In this document: positions 28,995 through 39,266 of the stretch, in pieces
Position numbering within the stretch: position 1 is the stretch's first letter
Layout of the letters: the number at the start of each line of letters is the position of its first letter
NCBI GenBank assembly: GCA_014297435.1
Contig: JACOQA010000002.1
Coordinates: forward strand, 1 to 64,000
Reading direction: 5' to 3'
Length of the DNA stretch: 64,000 nucleotides
DNA from: Candidatus Nanohaloarchaea archaeon
Lineage (GTDB): Archaea > Nanohalarchaeota > Nanosalinia > Nanosalinales > Nanosalinaceae
Position numbers and translations under genes: made by a program
The notes under the pieces: model-generated
What the model was told of the DNA's origin: nothing
The model's input: the letters and a program-made list of their open reading frames with translations, nothing else
Databases searched by the model: none

Positions 28995-29509
28995 CAGTAG
29001 TCCTCCAGGATATCTTTTCTTTCTCTGTACTCTTCAGCCATATCCATTATCGATTTCTTCATGACCTTGGTGTCAAGAGCAGTCTCCATAAATCCTCTGT
29101 CTTTTTCGTAGATTGGAACCAGCTGTACGTGCAGATGCGGGATTGATTCTCCTGCCTCCTTCCCGATATTGATTCCTACGTCGATTCCAGCCGGATCAAC
29201 TACTTCACGTTGAAGCTCTTCTACATTAGAGACCATTGAGAACAGTTTGTTTCTTTCATCGTCCTCAAGCTCTGTCATCGAGTTAACGTGTTTCTTAGGC
29301 ACCACCATCAGGTGTCCTGTATTATATGGGAAGATGTTTAGCTCGACCATCAGAAAGTCGTCTTCATAGACAGTAACCTTTGATACACGGTCATCGTTGT
29401 TTGCCTGTGCGCAGAATATACAGTCTATGTCCTCGGGTATTTCTTTGGCTTCGTATTCTTCACGTTTTGGACTCCAGAGATAGGTCTCATAAGGCTTAGT
29501 ATCAGTCAT
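28994..29509 (-). CDS. HIT-family nucleotide hydrolase/transferase with HxHxQ motif
   Basis: CIFC, NIFPYNTGHLMVVP, AGESIPHLHVQLVP; overlaps the PGM start. Confidence 0.85.
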   Translation of the reverse strand: MTDTKPYETYLWSPKREEYEAKEIPEDIDCIFCAQANNDDRVSKVTVYEDDFLMVELNIFPYNTGHLMVVPKKHVNSMTELEDDERNKLFSMVSNVEELQREVVDPAGIDVGINIGKEAGESIPHLHVQLVPIYEKDRGFMETALDTKVMKKSIMDMAEEYRERKDILEDY

Positions 29510-29552
29510 AATACCGAAAAATTAGTTTCGCCGACTTAAACAGTTGTTGATC

Positions 29553-30314
29553 TTAGAAAGGATTGACTTCTTCCATCCGGGCTTTCAACTTCTCCTTTAC
29601 AGTTCTCTTAGGAGGCTGATTGCCATTTATTCTATGCGCTACATCCTTAATAGCGTAAGATGCCTTTGATTCAGGCTTGTAAGAAACAACCGGCTCTCTT
29701 AATGCAATGCCTTCTCTGACATGTTTATGATCAGGCACTTTCCCTATAATTTCTTCTTCAACCAGTTCTTCAATATCTTCATGTTCGACTTCAGCTTTCT
29801 CCTCTCTAACCATGTTCAGCACTAATCCAAGAATATCACGATCCATCTGTTCCGCAAGCTTCTTGGCTCCCAGACAGTTCGTTAATGAAGGTAGTTCTGG
29901 GTGTGAGACCAGTAAGACTTCATCGCTTGTCTCTATCGCGGCTTGAACCTCATCATCTGTTCCCGCGGCCGCATCCACAAGCACGAAATCTTTGTCTCCA
30001 AGAAAGTCAACTATCGAATGTTTCAGGCTTTCCGCTTTTCCTTGGAATTCTAGCGTGGAAGCTGGTAGAACTGATACGCCTTCCGGGTGCTTAGCTACAG
30101 CCTGCGTAATATATGCTTCGCCTTTCAGCACATCGTTTAGTGATGTGTCCTGGAACCCGAGTCCGAAGTGCTGCGCCATGTTCGCACCGGTAAAGTTTCC
30201 GTCTATCAATAGAACGTCGTGGCCTTGTTTTTGGAGAGCTAGTCCGAGGTTGGCCGTTAATGTCGTCTTTCCTGCGCCTCCTTTTCCGGAGACTACAGAT
30301 ATTACCCGGGTCAT
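29553..30314 (-). CDS. minD: MinD/ParA family ATPase
   Basis: SGKGGAGKTT deviant Walker A, VDAAAG, EPVV. Confidence 0.88.
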   Translation of the reverse strand: MTRVISVVSGKGGAGKTTLTANLGLALQKQGHDVLLIDGNFTGANMAQHFGLGFQDTSLNDVLKGEAYITQAVAKHPEGVSVLPASTLEFQGKAESLKHSIVDFLGDKDFVLVDAAAGTDDEVQAAIETSDEVLLVSHPELPSLTNCLGAKKLAEQMDRDILGLVLNMVREEKAEVEHEDIEELVEEEIIGKVPDHKHVREGIALREPVVSYKPESKASYAIKDVAHRINGNQPPKRTVKEKLKARMEEVNPF

Positions 30315-30468
30315 GTTCTAGATTTCCGCCAGCCCGAATAAAAACCTATTCCTCTCAAACTGGAATGCTAATAATATTCTATAAACTTCTTCTAAATCTC
30401 GAATTTTTGATCTTTGTAAGGAGTAATAAATAGGATTCAAAAACATTTCAATCAAATAATTATCTATT

Positions 30469-30861
30469 TTAACGCCTAAATACCTTGGCGCAGCCCTCTG
30501 CTTTTAAGTAAAGCTCCGAGAGGTTAGAAACCCTTGCCTTAACCGTTCTAAGAGAACCCGGAGCCGAATCCGCTACCTTCTTGGTAACATTTCTATCGCC
30601 CTCAAAATTGACATAGATCGTATCCATCTCTTTGTTAACTTTGAAGAAAGCGCTTACGTTATCACCCTCAATATCAACATCCACTATTTCCACATCAAGA
30701 CCGCTACACTTTTGCAAATCCTTACTTTCCTGCGAGGTCTTTCTGTCCGACTTCTGTAAAAAACCGGAAGCCCAGTTGAACATTATCAGACCAAGCGAGA
30801 TCATGAAAACCGCAAGTAGTATTGTGCCCGGCTTAACAAGAACTTTGTCCCCCCAGCCCAT
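30469..30861 (-). CDS. Membrane-anchored hypothetical protein (pilin-like architecture)
   Basis: N-terminal hydrophobic helix, beta-rich tail, two Cys, NxS/T sequons. Confidence 0.55.
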   Translation of the reverse strand: MGWGDKVLVKPGTILLAVFMISLGLIMFNWASGFLQKSDRKTSQESKDLQKCSGLDVEIVDVDIEGDNVSAFFKVNKEMDTIYVNFEGDRNVTKKVADSAPGSLRTVKARVSNLSELYLKAEGCAKVFRR

Positions 30862-30867
30862 TCTCTT

Positions 30868-31635
30868 TTACCTTAATTTGTTCATGAGCTTCGAGATGAA
30901 CCCTTCTTCCTGAATATCCGGTTCATAATCGACGTTGGCGATGTCTGCCGCTACTGCCCTGAACCTTTCTGAAACATGGTGGTCGGGTTCATGGTGTACT
31001 ACCGGCTTCTTCACAGAAAGTGCTTCCTGAACCTTTTCGTGTTCGGGCACCTCCATGATTACTGGATGCCCAAGCATCGATTCAACTTCATCCCTGCCAA
31101 GCTCAGAATCATGACCGTTAACACGGTTAAGTACTACCCCGGTTACATCAGTTCCTGCCTCTTCTGCTATGTTAACAGTCTTCAAAGCGTCGGTGACTGC
31201 AGGGAGGTTAGGGTTTGTTACGATTAGTGTTTCGTCGCTGGCTTCGATCGCGTTGATCGATTCGTTTCCTAATCCGGCTGCTGAGTCAACCAATACAAAG
31301 TCCGGCTCGCCGATAGTGTCGAGTAGAACATCGGAAAGGTTTTCCGGCGAAGTATCAACAAGATCTTCGATCGATAGTCCGGCAGGAACAACCCTTAATC
31401 CTGAGTTATGGATGTACATTGCTTCAGTGATATGTGCTTCGCCTTTTAGCACATCGTGCAGCGTATTTGGGTAGAGCGGGATACCTAGGTGAAACCCGAG
31501 ATTCGGATTAGTAAGGTTTGCATCGAGAACGATGGTATCCGTTCCAAACTGCGTCAAGGCCGCACCTACGTTAGACGTTACTGTTGTCTTTCCGGTGCCA
31601 CCCTTTCCTGCACTCACACATATCAGCCGGGTCAT
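30868..31635 (-). CDS. minD: Cell division ATPase MinD (archaeal)
   Basis: AGKGGTGKTT, DANLTNPNL, DSAAGLG, TDALKT; ATG 31635. Confidence 0.92.
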   Translation of the reverse strand: MTRLICVSAGKGGTGKTTVTSNVGAALTQFGTDTIVLDANLTNPNLGFHLGIPLYPNTLHDVLKGEAHITEAMYIHNSGLRVVPAGLSIEDLVDTSPENLSDVLLDTIGEPDFVLVDSAAGLGNESINAIEASDETLIVTNPNLPAVTDALKTVNIAEEAGTDVTGVVLNRVNGHDSELGRDEVESMLGHPVIMEVPEHEKVQEALSVKKPVVHHEPDHHVSERFRAVAADIANVDYEPDIQEEGFISKLMNKLR

Positions 31636-31765
31636 CGTATGAATGACATTAATCTCGACCATTTAAATTATGTGGTGAACCAACTGCTTCTCGAAATACT
31701 ACCTCAAATTAATTCTAACAAGAAATGTCCTCAGATTGAAATAAGTTCTCGAGAAGTCTTCCTGC

Positions 31766-34612
31766 ATGACAGAAGAATTTTCGAACAAACTCAACACAAT
31801 CGAAGAAAAATGGCAGGAAAAGTGGAACGATGAAAGAATATTCGAATCAGATCCTTCCGAAGAAGACAAGTTCTACATTACTGTCGCATATCCCTATCCT
31901 TCAGGCGGCATGCACATCGGTCACGTGAGAACATTTACACTGCCTGATGTCTTCGGACGTTTCAAACGGATGCAGGGAAAGAACGTTTTGTTCCCAATGG
32001 GATGGCACGTTACCGGAACACCAATTATTGGCGCTCTTGAACGTTTGAAGGACGGCGAGGAGAAACAAATCGAAGTCTTGAGAGATGTCTACAACGTTCC
32101 CGAGGAAGAGATGAAATCTTGGGAGGAACCGATGGACTACGCGAACTACTTTATCGAGAATAGTTACAAGCCGAACATGAAGAACCTTGGCTTCTCCGTT
32201 GACTGGAGAAGAGAGTTTACGACAAACGATAACGATTACAACAAGTTCATCGAATGGCAGTACAAAACTTTGAGAGAGAAAGGCTTGGTGAAGAAAGGAC
32301 TTCATCCGACAAAGTACTGTTTGAACGATCAGAACCCTGTAACCACACACGATCTTCTTGAAGGAGAAGACGCAGAGAAGCAAGAATATTCGCTTGTCAA
32401 GTTCGAATCAGACGATACAATCTTTCCGATGGCTACACTTCGTCCTGAAACCGTTTTCGGAGTAACGCATACCTTGATCAATCCTGAAGGCGATTATATC
32501 AGAGCTGATGTTGATGGAGAAGAATGGATTGTTTCAGAAGATGCAGCGGAAAAACTTGACCATCAGGACCGTGAAGTCGAAGAGGTTGAGAAGGTTAAAG
32601 GAGAAGAGTTTGTCGGCGAAAAAGTCCGAAACCCTGTTACCGGAGAAGAAGTTTTGATTCTTCCTGCATCGTTTGTTGATCCTGATTCAGGTTCCGGTAT
32701 CGTTATGTCTGTTCCAGCTCATGCGCCTTACGACTGGATCTCTTTGAAGGACATTCAGGAAGACGAAGAAAAACTCAGAAAGTTCGATCTCGACGTGGAT
32801 GAGGTTCAGTCAATCGAACCTAAAACTATAATCGACGTTGAAGATTACGGTAAAGTTCCGGCAAAAGAAGTTTGCGAAGGACACGGAGTTGATTCTCAGG
32901 ACGATGAAGAAGATCTTGAGAAGGCGACGGAAGAAATCTATGAGAAAGAGTTTCACACTGGCACATTAAATTCAGAGTGTCAGGACTTTAGCGGAGAAAA
33001 AGTTAACGCGATCAAAGATAGATTGATCGAACAGTTTGAGAACCAGGATCGTTTCGACTCGATGCATGACTTCTCGGAAGAAGTAGTCTGTCGGTGCGGA
33101 GGAAAGGTTATCGTCGCCCAGCAGGACTCATGGTTCCTCGAGTACGGCGACAAAGCCTGGAAGGACAAAGTCCACAAATGTCTGAATGATATGGATTTGA
33201 TCCCGGAGAATATCAGGGAGCAGTTCGACCATACTGTTGATTGGCTCGAGTCTTGGCCCGCGATCAGGAACTACGGTCTCGGAACAAAGCTTCCTTTCGA
33301 CGAGGACTTCGTTATTGAACCGCTTTCCGACTCAACGATTTACATGGCGTTCTATACGATCCGCCATATAATAGAAGACATTGAGGACGATAAGTTGAAA
33401 CCAGAGTTCTTCAGTTATGTGTTCAACGAGGAAGGATCTGTGGAAGAGGTTTCGGAATCAACAGGTATTGAAGTCAAGAAGATTGAGGAAGCCAGAGAAA
33501 GCTTCGGTTACTGGTATCCTCTTGACTGGAGAACTACGGCGAACGAACTCATCCAGAACCACTTAACGTTCTTCATGTACCACCACACCGCATTATTTAA
33601 TGAGGAGAACTGGCCTAACGGTATTGCAACCTGGGGAATGGGATTGCTTGAAGGAGAGAAGATGAGCTCATCAAAGGGGCACGTCGTTCCGGCAGAGGAA
33701 GCTATCGATGAGTATGGCGCCGATACTTCTAGGTTCTTCCTCTTCGCATCAGTTGAACCTTGGCAGGATTTCGACTGGAGAAGCGACGAAGTACAGCAAT
33801 ACCAGGACAAGCTTGAAAGCTTCTACGAAAGAAGCATCGAAATCTATGGGGCAGGAGAAGAAAGAGAACCTAACACTCTTGATAAGTACGTACTTTCCCG
33901 ATTGCAGGGAATTATTGAAGAAGCCACGGAAGGACTTGAAGAGTTCCAGACCCGTAAAGCCGGTTTGAATGCGTTCTTCGAGTTGAACTCCTTGATCAAC
34001 ATGTACCGGAATCGCTCCGATAATCTGAACGTTGAAGTTGTAAACGAGCTCGTAGAAACCCAAGTTCGTTTGATGGCGCCTTTCACCCCTCACGTCTGCG
34101 AAGAAATCTGGACAGAGATCGGAAAAGAAGGTTTTGTTTCAGAGGCAGACTGGCCTGAAGCTAATCAAGAAAAAGTAGATGAAGAGGTCGAGAAAGCGTT
34201 CGAGCTGGTTGATAACACAGTCGAAGACATCCGTGAAGTCGAAGAGTTCGTTGACAGCTATGAAAAAGTGAAGATTATCGTTGCCGAGGACTGGAAACGT
34301 GAACTCTTCGAAGAGTTGAAAGATGTTGTCGATGAACGTCCTGAGTTTGGTGAAGCTATGGGAAGGTTAGTCTCAGGAAGAAAAGATCATGCTGACACGA
34401 TCAAGTCCTATCTCCAGGAGTATCTTGAGGAACCGGGAGAGCTTCCATCCGAGATTTTCTCAGTCGAGAGAGAAGAAGAGATTCTTGAGGAGAACCGTGC
34501 ATTTATCGAAGAAGAATTTGATGCAGAAGTAGAAATTGAAAGAGAGAAGAACTCGAGCGAAGATAAGGCTTCAAGGGCAGAACCCGGAAGACCTGCGATA
34601 GTAATGAATTGA
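31766..34612 (+). CDS. leuS: Leucyl-tRNA synthetase (archaeal type)
   Basis: YPYPSGGMHIGH, ATLRPET editing domain, KMSSSKG, C-terminal AEPGRPAI. Confidence 0.97.
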   Translation: MTEEFSNKLNTIEEKWQEKWNDERIFESDPSEEDKFYITVAYPYPSGGMHIGHVRTFTLPDVFGRFKRMQGKNVLFPMGWHVTGTPIIGALERLKDGEEKQIEVLRDVYNVPEEEMKSWEEPMDYANYFIENSYKPNMKNLGFSVDWRREFTTNDNDYNKFIEWQYKTLREKGLVKKGLHPTKYCLNDQNPVTTHDLLEGEDAEKQEYSLVKFESDDTIFPMATLRPETVFGVTHTLINPEGDYIRADVDGEEWIVSEDAAEKLDHQDREVEEVEKVKGEEFVGEKVRNPVTGEEVLILPASFVDPDSGSGIVMSVPAHAPYDWISLKDIQEDEEKLRKFDLDVDEVQSIEPKTIIDVEDYGKVPAKEVCEGHGVDSQDDEEDLEKATEEIYEKEFHTGTLNSECQDFSGEKVNAIKDRLIEQFENQDRFDSMHDFSEEVVCRCGGKVIVAQQDSWFLEYGDKAWKDKVHKCLNDMDLIPENIREQFDHTVDWLESWPAIRNYGLGTKLPFDEDFVIEPLSDSTIYMAFYTIRHIIEDIEDDKLKPEFFSYVFNEEGSVEEVSESTGIEVKKIEEARESFGYWYPLDWRTTANELIQNHLTFFMYHHTALFNEENWPNGIATWGMGLLEGEKMSSSKGHVVPAEEAIDEYGADTSRFFLFASVEPWQDFDWRSDEVQQYQDKLESFYERSIEIYGAGEEREPNTLDKYVLSRLQGIIEEATEGLEEFQTRKAGLNAFFELNSLINMYRNRSDNLNVEVVNELVETQVRLMAPFTPHVCEEIWTEIGKEGFVSEADWPEANQEKVDEEVEKAFELVDNTVEDIREVEEFVDSYEKVKIIVAEDWKRELFEELKDVVDERPEFGEAMGRLVSGRKDHADTIKSYLQEYLEEPGELPSEIFSVEREEEILEENRAFIEEEFDAEVEIEREKNSSEDKASRAEPGRPAIVMN

Positions 34613-34618
34613 GGGTGT

Positions 34619-35200
34619 TTAATGACCCTTTAAATCTTCGAGCTCGGAGATAAGGTCTTTGTAGCATTCTCCTACCGAGGAAAGCGCATAAGTTCCATCG
34701 ATATGACCTTCTTCTACATCTTTAAACTCTCTTGCGGCACCATGAGCCGTGTCTTTTCGGTGGGAGGGGGGATTAGATATACGAGCCTGAAGATGCTCCC
34801 AACCTTCTGGAGGGCTTCTTAAACGGTTCAGCACTAGAAGGCCTGATTCATCCATCGAGTACATCGTGTGTCTAGCCCCATCACTAATTCTGTCGTAATT
34901 GCCTACAACATCTTCGAACTCATCCGCAGGAAGTTCAAGATTGTCGATTATCGCGGCTTGTCTTTCATCATTTAGTGGCGGTACAGCCTTATGTCCCATG
35001 ACTTTATCTTCTATTTCTTCCGCAAATCCGTCTATTACTGAGACGAACTCATCATAGGTTTCAATAGACGATTCAAAGTCCGCGTTTTGGTATTGGTTTT
35101 CGAACCATCTTTCATCAGCATAGCCGTTACATAATGCTTTACTTATCTCTGAAACCTCTGTATATAGGTCAGAGTTTGCAACCTCTAGTGATTGAGTCAT
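34619..35200 (-). CDS. Hypothetical protein
   Basis: 193-aa acidic ORF; no family recognised. Confidence 0.6.
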   Translation of the reverse strand: MTQSLEVANSDLYTEVSEISKALCNGYADERWFENQYQNADFESSIETYDEFVSVIDGFAEEIEDKVMGHKAVPPLNDERQAAIIDNLELPADEFEDVVGNYDRISDGARHTMYSMDESGLLVLNRLRSPPEGWEHLQARISNPPSHRKDTAHGAAREFKDVEEGHIDGTYALSSVGECYKDLISELEDLKGH

Positions 35201-35280
35201 GTAATTACTTTACTACAACAACATTTAAATTTCTGTCTATTATCGCCCTTCAGCCAGCCACGAAAAAGGAAAAAATACCT

Positions 35281-35544
35281 CTAATAATTCTTCAGGCTGT
35301 CCTCCAGTTCATTATCTAGATGTCTGTCGACATCGATATCAGCTTCTCTCAAAGCTTTTCTGTGGGCTCTGACCATATCCTCCATCTTCTCAAGTCTCTG
35401 ATTCATGGTTGCCATACCGACCCAGATCTGTCCGACCGAAGCGTTCTGGGCTTCCATGTAGGAGTCTTCATGGTTTTCAACATCGTCTAGAAGCCTTTGA
35501 AGTGATGATTCCAGTCTGTCCGGAAGCTTCTCAATCCACTGCAT
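35281..35544 (-). CDS. Small coiled-coil hypothetical protein
   Basis: Acidic helical ORF (Y..A.N.SVGQIW); ATG 35544. Confidence 0.65.
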   Translation of the reverse strand: MQWIEKLPDRLESSLQRLLDDVENHEDSYMEAQNASVGQIWVGMATMNQRLEKMEDMVRAHRKALREADIDVDRHLDNELEDSLKNY

Positions 35545-35637
35545 AGAACCTCTGTTTTGGATCAAAGCTTTTATCGTGTTCGAACAACGGTCTCGGTTTT
35601 TTAACTTTCACTCGACTTTTTGGTAACGTGAACTATA

Positions 35638-36285
35638 ATGGAAAAAGGCGACATGGTACTTGTTGACTACGTTGGAAAGTCGGACGGAGAGATCTTCGAC
35701 CTGACAGTAAAGGAAAAAGCCGAAGAGGAAGGAATGAATATTGAAGAGATGGACTTCGAGTCTATTCCTGTACTTATCGGAGAGCAATACGTTATCGACG
35801 GTTTTGAAGAAACACTAGAGGAAATGGAAGTTGGAGATGAGAAAGAAGTCGATATTCCAAAGGATAAGGCTTACGGAGATCGTTCATCCGAGAATGTGGA
35901 GACTTACCCCGAGAAAGAGTTCAAGAAGCAGGGCGTTGACGTCAGAAGAGGCGAAGAAGTTATGGTCGGAAACCGTAGAGGCAAAGTTATATCCGCATCA
36001 TCCGGAAGGATCAAGATCGACTTCAACCATCCTCTCGCAGGAAAGGACCTGGAGTACTGGATCAAGGTAAAGGAAAAAGTCGAAGAAGATGAGGAGAAAG
36101 CAAAGTACATCTTTAACTACCGTGTTGGACACGGCGGAGACGATTTAGAGTTTGAAGACGGAACTGTTAAAGCCGAAAAGACGCATTCACATGAGGGACA
36201 CGAGCATGAACTACCTGAGCAGCTGAGAGAGAAAGTGAAGGAAGAAATTGAAGATCACACTGATTTTGAGGTAGAGTTTGTCTAA
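35638..36285 (+). CDS. slyD: FKBP-type peptidyl-prolyl isomerase (SlyD-like)
   Basis: VLVDYVG, IDGFEE.L, AYG.R, IDFNHPLAGK.L, His-rich HSHEGHEH. Confidence 0.93.
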   Translation: MEKGDMVLVDYVGKSDGEIFDLTVKEKAEEEGMNIEEMDFESIPVLIGEQYVIDGFEETLEEMEVGDEKEVDIPKDKAYGDRSSENVETYPEKEFKKQGVDVRRGEEVMVGNRRGKVISASSGRIKIDFNHPLAGKDLEYWIKVKEKVEEDEEKAKYIFNYRVGHGGDDLEFEDGTVKAEKTHSHEGHEHELPEQLREKVKEEIEDHTDFEVEFV

Positions 36286-36668
36286 CGCCGGAGGCATTAA
36301 GTCTCCTCTTAACTATTTCTTTATTCCTGTAGATGATGGCTCTCCTACAGCTAATGAAACGCAGGGAGGCATGGGGCTGGTTTTCACTTATTCACTAGCT
36401 ACGTGCTAGCCTGGTTCACAAGTTATTGCAGCTTGGGAATAGCCGAGTACCTCAGAAACCACGCAGAAGCCGATAGCAGCACCTGTTACTGTTGCGGCAA
36501 GGTTTATGCTGAGAGATCTGATGATGAGCTACAAAGTTCTTGGAATGTTCTTCTAAGCCGAGAAACCGTTAAAGTCGGGCTGGAGAACCGGAAGACCATT
36601 TTTATATAGTTTGAGGATAACTTCGTATACATAGCAACAAAGAAATAATTGTCAAGGGTTCTGTTTCC

Positions 36669-37778
36669 ATGGAAGATAAGATACGAGAAGCGAAAAATAC
36701 CGGTTCGGGAGTACCACAATCAAAGCAGAAAAACCATGATATCGACGAAGAGCTGGAAGAACTTATACAGCAGAGAAAGGCAGATATCAAGGTCGTGGGC
36801 TCCGGAGGCGCCGGAAACAACACGATCTCACGCCTAGTAGAAGTAGGGATCGAAGGATGCGAAACAATCGCGATGAACACAGACGCACAGGACCTTCTCT
36901 ATGCTAACGCCGACAAAAAAGTCCTTATCGGCAAAGAACTTACAGGAGGGCTCGGCGCAGGAGCCGACCCAAAGGTCGGAGAGGAATCCGCCAAAGAGTC
37001 CCAGCAGAAAGTTAAGGATGCTATTGGAGGAGCAGACATGGTATTCGTAACCTGCGGACTCGGAGGAGGAACAGGAACAGGATCCGCACCTGTCATCGCA
37101 CAGCAAGCCAAGAAAGAAGGCGCACTAACAGTCGGAATCGTCACACTGCCTTTCGAAATGGAAGGTCAAGCAAGACAGGAAAACGCAGAATACGGGCTCG
37201 AAATGCTTGAGGATACGGTCGACACACTGATCGTAATTCCAAACGACAAGCTTCTCGAAATCGTTCCAGACGTTTCTCTGAACACGGCTTTCAAGATTGC
37301 GGACGAAATCCTAGTTAACGCAGTCAAAGGCGTAACAGAGCTTGTTACAAAGCCTGGACTTGTCAACCTAGACTTCGCAGACATACGAGCTGTTATGGGC
37401 GAAGGAGGAATCGCCATGATCGGAATGGGTCAAAGTGATACAGACTCAAGAGCCTCAGAAGCAGTACAGAAAGCGCTTTCCAACCCGCTACTCGACGTAG
37501 ATATCGAGGGCGGAAAAGGCGCACTCGTAAACGTAACAGGAGGAACCAGTCTCTCCTTGAACGAGGCACAGGAAGTTGTCAACACGGTAAGCGGAAAACT
37601 TTCAGAGTCCGCGAAAGTTATCTGGGGAGCACAGGTAAGAGAGGACATGGACAACACACTCCAGTCGATGATTATTGTAACAGGAGTCGACAGCCCTCAG
37701 ATCTACGGACCTGAGAAAACTCATTCGGACGAGTACGAGGAAGAGATCGAGCAGGAGCTAGGAGTCGAGTTCATCTAG
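36669..37778 (+). CDS. ftsZ: Cell division protein FtsZ
   Basis: [30 protein letters not shown]. Confidence 0.98.
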   Translation: MEDKIREAKNTGSGVPQSKQKNHDIDEELEELIQQRKADIKVVGSGGAGNNTISRLVEVGIEGCETIAMNTDAQDLLYANADKKVLIGKELTGGLGAGADPKVGEESAKESQQKVKDAIGGADMVFVTCGLGGGTGTGSAPVIAQQAKKEGALTVGIVTLPFEMEGQARQENAEYGLEMLEDTVDTLIVIPNDKLLEIVPDVSLNTAFKIADEILVNAVKGVTELVTKPGLVNLDFADIRAVMGEGGIAMIGMGQSDTDSRASEAVQKALSNPLLDVDIEGGKGALVNVTGGTSLSLNEAQEVVNTVSGKLSESAKVIWGAQVREDMDNTLQSMIIVTGVDSPQIYGPEKTHSDEYEEEIEQELGVEFI

Positions 37779-37824
37779 CTCCAGCAGATTCTTTTTTATC
37801 CTACTATCTCCACTATTTTCTCAT

Positions 37825-38073
37825 ATGATTCCCGAGATTGTCTTTGGCGCAGGATTCGGATTTCTCTTCCTGTTCATACTTGCACTAGGCGTAATAGAGC
37901 TAATAGGTAAAATATACGGTACTTACAACTCACTGTCGAGAAACGATCTTACATCAGAGCAGAGACTGATCTATCTCGGTATAATCTGGTTCATACCTCT
38001 AGGATGGCTTATCTACCTGATCCTAGGGAAAAAGAAAACCGGAGAGCTTTTCTCAGAGGTTAAATTCCTCTAA
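37825..38073 (+). CDS. Small membrane protein (PLDc N-terminal-like)
   Basis: Hydrophobic helices, IIWFIPLGWLIYLILGK. Confidence 0.7.
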   Translation: MIPEIVFGAGFGFLFLFILALGVIELIGKIYGTYNSLSRNDLTSEQRLIYLGIIWFIPLGWLIYLILGKKKTGELFSEVKFL

Positions 38074-38092
38074 AAAAGCCTCCTCAAATTTT

Positions 38093-38407
38093 TCATGTCT
38101 TCGGGATACTCTTCTTCGCTTCAAAAAGCTTCTCGTTCACTTCATCATCCTTCGCTAAAACAGCTTTCAGGTTGTAGAAGTGATCATCCGGATCATCTTC
38201 TCTATCGACAACGTAAAGATCTACTTCAAGGTTTCTGTAGGTCTGGGCGAACCTTTCGACCTCTTGTTTCCAGTCCCCTTCCCATACGAAAACCCATTCT
38301 CCATCAGGGAGAACCAGTGCGGTGTACTTGTTTCCGTTCTTACTTTCCCGATCAGCAACTATGTTCTCTATCCGGGTTTCCAGCTTAAGCAGTTTTTCAT
38401 CTCCCAT
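38093..38407 (-). CDS. Hypothetical protein (possible OB-like beta fold)
   Basis: 104-aa ORF, ESKNGNKYTALVL..GEWVFVW. Confidence 0.55.
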   Translation of the reverse strand: MGDEKLLKLETRIENIVADRESKNGNKYTALVLPDGEWVFVWEGDWKQEVERFAQTYRNLEVDLYVVDREDDPDDHFYNLKAVLAKDDEVNEKLFEAKKSIPKT

Positions 38408-38587
38408 AATATAATCTTGGATCCTGAGCTCTATTAAACTGAGTCCGAAGTCTTCCGGAAGTGCCGGTTGAGGGTTTGCTTATAAAATTTGTTCTCACTT
38501 CTAAGTTTATACCCGTCCGGACCACCTCTGGTGGGAGGGAACTAGAGTTAAAGTTAAACGGCTAGTTCTCTTTATCCGGTTTACGAG

Positions 38588-38800
38588 GTGCCTAAAAATA
38601 TGGATATAAATCCCAGCAAGTGGAAGAACGACCTAAAAGCCAAGCTTAACGAATACAAGCGAGTGCTGAAGATTTCCAGCAAGCCTGACCGCGAAGAGTT
38701 CGAGATGTCCGCGAAGATTACAGGCGCAGGAATGATAATAATCGGAATTATAGGTTTCTTCTTCTACCTGCTGGCTAATCTAGTTCCAAGCCTGGTGTAA
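38588..38800 (+). CDS. secE: Protein translocase subunit SecE (Sec61-gamma)
   Basis: EYKRVLKISSKPDREEF + TM helix; precedes spt5. Confidence 0.93.
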   Translation: MPKNMDINPSKWKNDLKAKLNEYKRVLKISSKPDREEFEMSAKITGAGMIIIGIIGFFFYLLANLVPSLV

Positions 38801-38802
38801 CC

Positions 38803-39237
38803 ATGATTTTGACAGCAAGAACCACAAGAGGACGTGAGAAGACAGCGATCGACGAGATGAGAAGCCGCATAAAGTCTCAAAACTACGATATAAACGCAGT
38901 CTTCAAGTCCGACGACCTGAAAGGCTACGTCTTCATCGAAGGCGAAGAAAGCGCAATCAGGGACTTAGCGGACGACATAAGACACATCAACGGGATAATC
39001 GACTCCGAAGTCGACGTTGAAGAGATCGAGTCAAGACTTTCCCAAGAAGAGGAAGACATCAAGCTCGAGGAAGGAGACGAAGTCGAAGTTGTCGGCGGCG
39101 CATTCAAGGGCGAGGAAGCCAAAATCAAGAGGATCGACGAAACCAACAGGGAAGTTACGATCGAGCTGCTTGACGCAGCAGTACCTATCCCGACAACAGT
39201 CGATGTGGATACCGTGAGGAAGAAAGCCTCTCGGTAA
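38803..39237 (+). CDS. spt5: Transcription elongation factor Spt5
   Basis: TTRGRE, KGYVFIE (NGN), GDEVEVVGGAFKGE (KOW), AAVPIP. Confidence 0.96.
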   Translation: MILTARTTRGREKTAIDEMRSRIKSQNYDINAVFKSDDLKGYVFIEGEESAIRDLADDIRHINGIIDSEVDVEEIESRLSQEEEDIKLEEGDEVEVVGGAFKGEEAKIKRIDETNREVTIELLDAAVPIPTTVDVDTVRKKASR

Positions 39238-39266
39238 CAAAATTAATGCTTAAAACGTGATTAACT

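Noticed and set aside
36290-36610. Possible RNA gene or pseudogene between slyD and ftsZ (short hydrophobic minus-strand frame IIRSLSINLAATVTGAAIGFCVV)
   Set aside because: No tRNA cloverleaf or SRP/RNase P motif; fragment too short to assign
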